DNA from: Candidatus Latescibacterota bacterium
Lineage (GTDB): Bacteria > Latescibacterota > UBA2968 > GCA-2709665
Reading direction: 5' to 3'
Length of the DNA stretch: 64,000 bases
Assembly: GCA_965237675.1 (NCBI GenBank)
Contig: OZ250150.1
Coordinates: forward strand, 2,272,001 to 2,336,000
Of the stretch, positions 59,880-64,000 are shown in pieces. The position numbers were made by a program, and so were the translations under genes. Numbering within the stretch: position 1 is the first letter of the stretch; the number at the start of each line of letters is the position of its first letter. The notes below the pieces were generated by a model. That model saw only the letters and a program-made list of their open reading frames with translations. It did no database searches and had not been told where the DNA came from.

Positions 59880-60155
59880 ATGCGAAAAATCGACCAAAAG
59901 GAATATCAGAAGCGGCTGGATAAGATCACGGACCTGTTCGCGGGTATGATCGCCCATGCCGATGAACTTTCCACCCGGCGCTGCCCGTACAAGAACCGTT
60001 TTGACGAGTGTACGGCCAGGTTCGGATGCAGAAATCAGCGGAAGCCCCGTCCCGGCGGAAAGCTGCTGATGTGCGGCGGGGACGACAAGCTGGACTATCG
60101 CAGCGCGTGGGAAACGGAGGCGAATGAAGGGGCGCTTGCAGGGAGCGAGGACTAG
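59880..60155 (+). CDS. Small four-cysteine hypothetical protein
   Basis: RCPYKNRFDECTARFGCRNQ...LMCGGD; starts 8 nt after the previous stop. Confidence 0.72.
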   Translation: MRKIDQKEYQKRLDKITDLFAGMIAHADELSTRRCPYKNRFDECTARFGCRNQRKPRPGGKLLMCGGDDKLDYRSAWETEANEGALAGSED

Positions 60156-60889
60156 TGTCCTGTCCCAGAAATATCTAACCATTCTCCCGCCGATTCATCC
60201 CGTCTCGCTGCGTCGCATTCCTTGCCTGCGTTTCGCCACCCCCTAACGTCCCCAATTCCCTTGCCCTTTTTCTTGCATCGCCATGAAGCCGGGAGAGGGA
60301 AGAGGGAAGACGTAAGAGGGGTTGGTAACTCTTTCGCGTGAGACACCCGCAATGGACTCTCGTTGTGTAGAACGAGGAGTGGATTGCTGAATGCGGCGCG
60401 AGACCGGTGGGGCGCGGCGTGGTCCTCTCACTTCTACCGGCTTACTTCTTCCCGCCTTTTTAAGAAGGGCGCCGCTCGGCGCGGGGCCGGTTTTTCCGCG
60501 AATCTCCTTAGTGGAGAAAACGTAAGACACTGCCCTGAGACCGGTTTAGCATACACAAAACGACACTGCTGGACGGAAAAACGCGGAAAAACCCCCCTCT
60601 CCGCCACCGGATGGCCGGGAGGTATACCGCGACGGCGTTTTGAACGTGTTCTCGGTCTAGCCGCCAGTCCAGATCCAAATCTATACGTGTTCACGTACCG
60701 TAATAATACTAGACGGATTAACGCTTGTCTCCCCCTTTCCTTTAGGAGAGGGGGCCGGGGGGAGAGGTCACGGCGCTGATGTCAACTGATTGGGTTTTTG
60801 GTTCAAGCTGACGGCTGATAGCTGATAGCTGTTTTTGCTGCTTCTGATCGGCCGAATTCAGGCAACCTATTTCCGGGACAGAACTCTAG
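60152..60889. mobile_element. MITE M1 ends enclosing ~600 bp of the modular repeat (copy B)
   Basis: CTAG at both ends; TIRs gtgtcctgtcccagaaat / atttccgggacagaac; the interior matches the modules at 8051 and 62701. Confidence 0.8.
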
Positions 60890-61052
60890 TGTCCTGTCCC
60901 AGAAATGTCTCACCATTCGGCCGCCGATTCATCCCGTCTCGCCGCGTTGCCTTCGCTCGCCGACCTTAGCAGGTCGCCCGCGCTCAGGCGCCTTGCGATA
61001 CGGGCGACTCGTCGGCCGAATTCAGGCAACCTATTTCCGGGACAGAACACTG
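60886..61052. mobile_element. Full-length MITE M1 (~167 bp)
   Basis: ctagtgtcctgtcccagaaat ... atttccgggacagaacactg. Confidence 0.85.
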
Positions 61053-61061
61053 GAACGCCGC

Positions 61062-62687
61062 ATGGGTACGATATCTCACGAAGGGAAAAGGCGGGCGCTG
61101 GAAGCCGGGAAGACGATTTTCGACTATGCGGACGATCTGGCGGTTCAGGTGCCCACCTCGTGCGGGCGCACCGGACACTGTCACGAGTGTGTGGTTGAAA
61201 TCAGGCGCGGGATGGACGCGTTGCGGCCCCGGAACGACGTGGAGTCGTTCCTTCGGGAGAACTACCGCCTCGCCTGCCAGGCGGTGGTTGAAGACGCCCG
61301 GGCTACTATCGAATTCTCGCCGCTGAGGCGCAAGCCCAAGATACTCTCTACCACACGGCAAAAGTCGCTCGATCCGGACCCCCTGGTCTCCCGCCGGGGG
61401 GACGTTGTTTATTATGACGGTGAAGCCATTGACAGGTACCGTGGCCACCTGTACGGCATTGCAATCGATCTGGGTACCACAACGGTGGTGATGGACCTCG
61501 TGGACCTGACCACGGGAAAGAGCGTCCACGTAAGTTCGTTCGAGAACCCGCAGCGTTTTGGCGGGAGCGACGTGATGCACCGCATCTCGTACGACGGGGA
61601 GTTTCAGGGCGAATTGCAGAAAGCGGTTGTGAACGCGATCAATCACGAAATACTGGAACTGGGGAGACGCTTCAGGTTTGTCCGCCAGGAGATTTACGAG
61701 GTGGTCGTGGCTGGAAACTCCACGATGCGCGATATTCTCTTCAGGCTGGACGTGCAGAGCATCGGTCAGAGACCGTACAAGTCCGGCGTGGAGCACGCCT
61801 ATCTCGAGGGCGAACGGGACACGACGTCGCTGCTGGAAGGCACAAGACGTCTGGGGTTGCGTGCGAACCCCAGGGCGAAGGTTTACGGGATGCCGCTGAT
61901 TGCCAGCCACGTCGGGGCCGATACCGCGGCCGACCTGGTGGCCATGGATATTGCATCTCAAGAGGGTTTGGTGATGCTGGTGGACGTGGGGACCAATACG
62001 GAGGTGGTCGTGGGGAGCCCGGAGCGGTTGCTGACCGCGTCCTGCCCGGCCGGACCCGCGTTCGAGGGGGGACTGATCCGGTACGGAATGCCGGGTTATG
62101 AAGGGGCGATCGAGTCGATTCGTCTGGATAACGGCGCGTTTGAATATCGGACCATCGGGCAGGTTGAACCGGAGGGAATTTGCGGATCCGGGTTGATCGA
62201 TCTGCTGGCGGAACTCCGGCGGCACGAGCGCATGGCGCCAAAGGGGATGTTTGCGGATCGGTCCTACGAGGTGATGGTTGTCCCGGAGTACGGAATTACG
62301 TTGTCACGCGAAGATGCCAGCAATCTGGCCCAGGCAAAGGCGGCGAATTACTGCGGTCAGTTTATCCTGATGCGACATCTCGGCATCGGTCCGGAAGATA
62401 TCGACATGCTCTACCTGGCCGGAGGTTTCGCGAACTATGTGAACGTGCAAAATGCGATTGAGATCGGATTTCTGGCCCCCGTCGCCGAAGACCGGGTTGT
62501 GAAGATCGGGAATGCGGCGGTCCAGGGAGCCAGAGAGGTGCTGCTTTCACGCGAGAAAAGAGCGTCCGTCGAAGCGCTGGTTAAAAAGATCGAACACGTC
62601 GAACTCGAGACGACACCGGATTTTTTCGAGGTGTTCGTGGAAGGATGTCAGTTCAAGCCGATGCCCGCCGCTTTTCTTAACCCGTGA
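61062..62687 (+). CDS. ASKHA-domain (RACo/RamA-type) reductive activator of corrinoid proteins with N-terminal 2Fe-2S domain
   Basis: SCGRTGHCHEC...RLACQ, IDLGTTT, NPQ.FGGSDV..RI, DVGTNTE, AGPAFEGG, GICGSG, LAGGF. Confidence 0.93.
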   Translation: MGTISHEGKRRALEAGKTIFDYADDLAVQVPTSCGRTGHCHECVVEIRRGMDALRPRNDVESFLRENYRLACQAVVEDARATIEFSPLRRKPKILSTTRQKSLDPDPLVSRRGDVVYYDGEAIDRYRGHLYGIAIDLGTTTVVMDLVDLTTGKSVHVSSFENPQRFGGSDVMHRISYDGEFQGELQKAVVNAINHEILELGRRFRFVRQEIYEVVVAGNSTMRDILFRLDVQSIGQRPYKSGVEHAYLEGERDTTSLLEGTRRLGLRANPRAKVYGMPLIASHVGADTAADLVAMDIASQEGLVMLVDVGTNTEVVVGSPERLLTASCPAGPAFEGGLIRYGMPGYEGAIESIRLDNGAFEYRTIGQVEPEGICGSGLIDLLAELRRHERMAPKGMFADRSYEVMVVPEYGITLSREDASNLAQAKAANYCGQFILMRHLGIGPEDIDMLYLAGGFANYVNVQNAIEIGFLAPVAEDRVVKIGNAAVQGAREVLLSREKRASVEALVKKIEHVELETTPDFFEVFVEGCQFKPMPAAFLNP

Positions 62688-62700
62688 GTCAGAATCTTCA

Positions 62701-63813
62701 CCACCCCCAAACGTCCCCTATTCCCTTGCCCTTTTTCGAAAGGTCGGGAGACGCAAGACGGGAGAGATTGCCTGCCCAGTGAGGTTCCAGTTCAGACCGG
62801 AGGAATCGAGGAAGATCAGATCGGGCAAGGATTTCTTCTACCGTCTACCGTCTCACGTCTCACCGCCTTTAAGAGAAGGGCGCCGCTCGGCGCGGGGCCG
62901 GTTTTTCCACAAATCTCACCTGTGGCGAAGACGAGCGATTGTGCCCTGCGTACAAATACGGCCCCACGGCGATACAATGCGGGACGGAATAGCGTGGAAA
63001 AACCCCCCACGCCACAACCGTGCGCATGAATGGATGTCGAGAGGTTCAATACAATGATGAAGTTTTACGTATAAGCGCGGAAGTCGCCTCCGCCCGCGCA
63101 GCGGGTGACCTGTTTTTCCGGGTTTTTTTCGGAACAACAGGGGACGCCTGGTTCTGGCGTTCGAGGCTGATGGTGAGCGGCGAGTCTCGTTGCCGCGAAC
63201 AAACCACGCACTCCGCCACCATCCGGCCGCAAGGTAGACCGGAAAGGATCACCGCAGGGACTTGCGTTCTTACCGGTAGCCTGTGTTAGCTGATAGCTCC
63301 TCGCTCACGGAATACCAATGAAAGGACGCTCAAAATGCCCTTCGAGAGGTCTACCAGAGCAGAGCGCGTGGTTCCGTTCATCACCGAGGGTGGATGCCGT
63401 ACCGGGGCTTTAAGGGCAGCAGATCCGGTGCATCCCGTGAGGCAATTCGCGCTATGCATATGGTAGGCCCCGCGCCTAGCGGCGACTTTTAAAAGCGGTA
63501 AGAAGCAAGAGGCAAGAAGGTAGAAGGGTTAGTAACTTTGTCATATGAAACCCTCTGAACCGGAGTCTCGCTAACTGGAAAATAGAAGTGGATCGCGAAA
63601 GAGGGCGCGTAACCGGTGGGTGGCTGAGTGGCCTTCTTACCTCTACCGTCTTACGTCTCACGGTTTTAAGGAACCCGCCGGAGGCAGGGAATCTGGGGAG
63701 ATGTGGATGTTGAATTTGGTTTTCGCCTTCTGATTCTCGCTGACCGCTGAGAGCTGTTTTGGCTGCTTGTGATGGGCCGAATTTCGGCAATCTGTGTTCC
63801 CGGACCGAACACG
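62701..63813. repeat. Modular non-coding repeat, copy C (+) and inverted copy D (-), ending in an M1 right end
   Basis: 62701-63100 matches copy A; 63351-63710 is a reverse-oriented related unit; 63775-63813 matches the M1 terminus. Confidence 0.82.
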
Positions 63814-63843
63814 AGTGCTGCGTAACAACACGAGTGTATTCGC

Positions 63844-64000
63844 ATGGCGTTAAATCTAGAAAAAACAGACCCCGGCCGTGGCGCAGGGCCGAAGCGCTCC
63901 CTGCGCAGTCTGCTCCATGACTCGGATGCGTTCGTCGTCTGCGTGGAACTGGTCAATTCCCGCGGCGTGATTACCGAGCGCCGCGGACGCCGCGTGCTGG
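63844..64000 (+). CDS. Start of a gene, possibly methylenetetrahydrofolate reductase-like (3' end outside window)
   Basis: MALNLEK...LRSLLHDSDAFVVCVELVNSRG resembles the MetF-type F...EL...RG start; the context fits. Confidence 0.5.
   Translation, partial: MALNLEKTDPGRGAGPKRSLRSLLHDSDAFVVCVELVNSRGVITERRGRRVL

Noticed and set aside
60152-63813. CRISPR array
   Set aside because: No regularly spaced identical direct repeats and no cas genes.

Overview
GC-rich bacterial chromosomal window. The gene content (dockerin-like C-terminal domain, TonB receptor/CTD protein/PorV triad, DUF6785-type membrane protein, ceramidase-like proteins) suggests an FCB-superphylum organism such as Latescibacterota; this is inference. 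Contents in order: a 5'-truncated WD40 protein; a folate/translation block (thyA, folA, rimO, rpmB, FolC fused to an ATP-grasp domain); a ~27 kb uptake and hydrolase region; three toxin-antitoxin loci, two with the toxin split by an insertion (a 1.8 kb IS and a 500 bp MITE, both with target-site duplications); uppP and sugar-metabolism genes; and a FadR-controlled corrinoid methyltransferase cluster that runs off the right edge. The least explained signals are non-coding. One is a modular structured repeat family (8.05-8.4, 60.2-60.9, 62.7-63.8 kb) with invariant or covarying stems, length-conserved but highly substituted loops, and a heptamer-flanked core found in both orientations. The other is a promoter-driven structured sRNA candidate at 1.68-1.86 kb. 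No rRNA, tRNA or CRISPR array was seen. All family assignments come from motif recognition by eye, not database searches.
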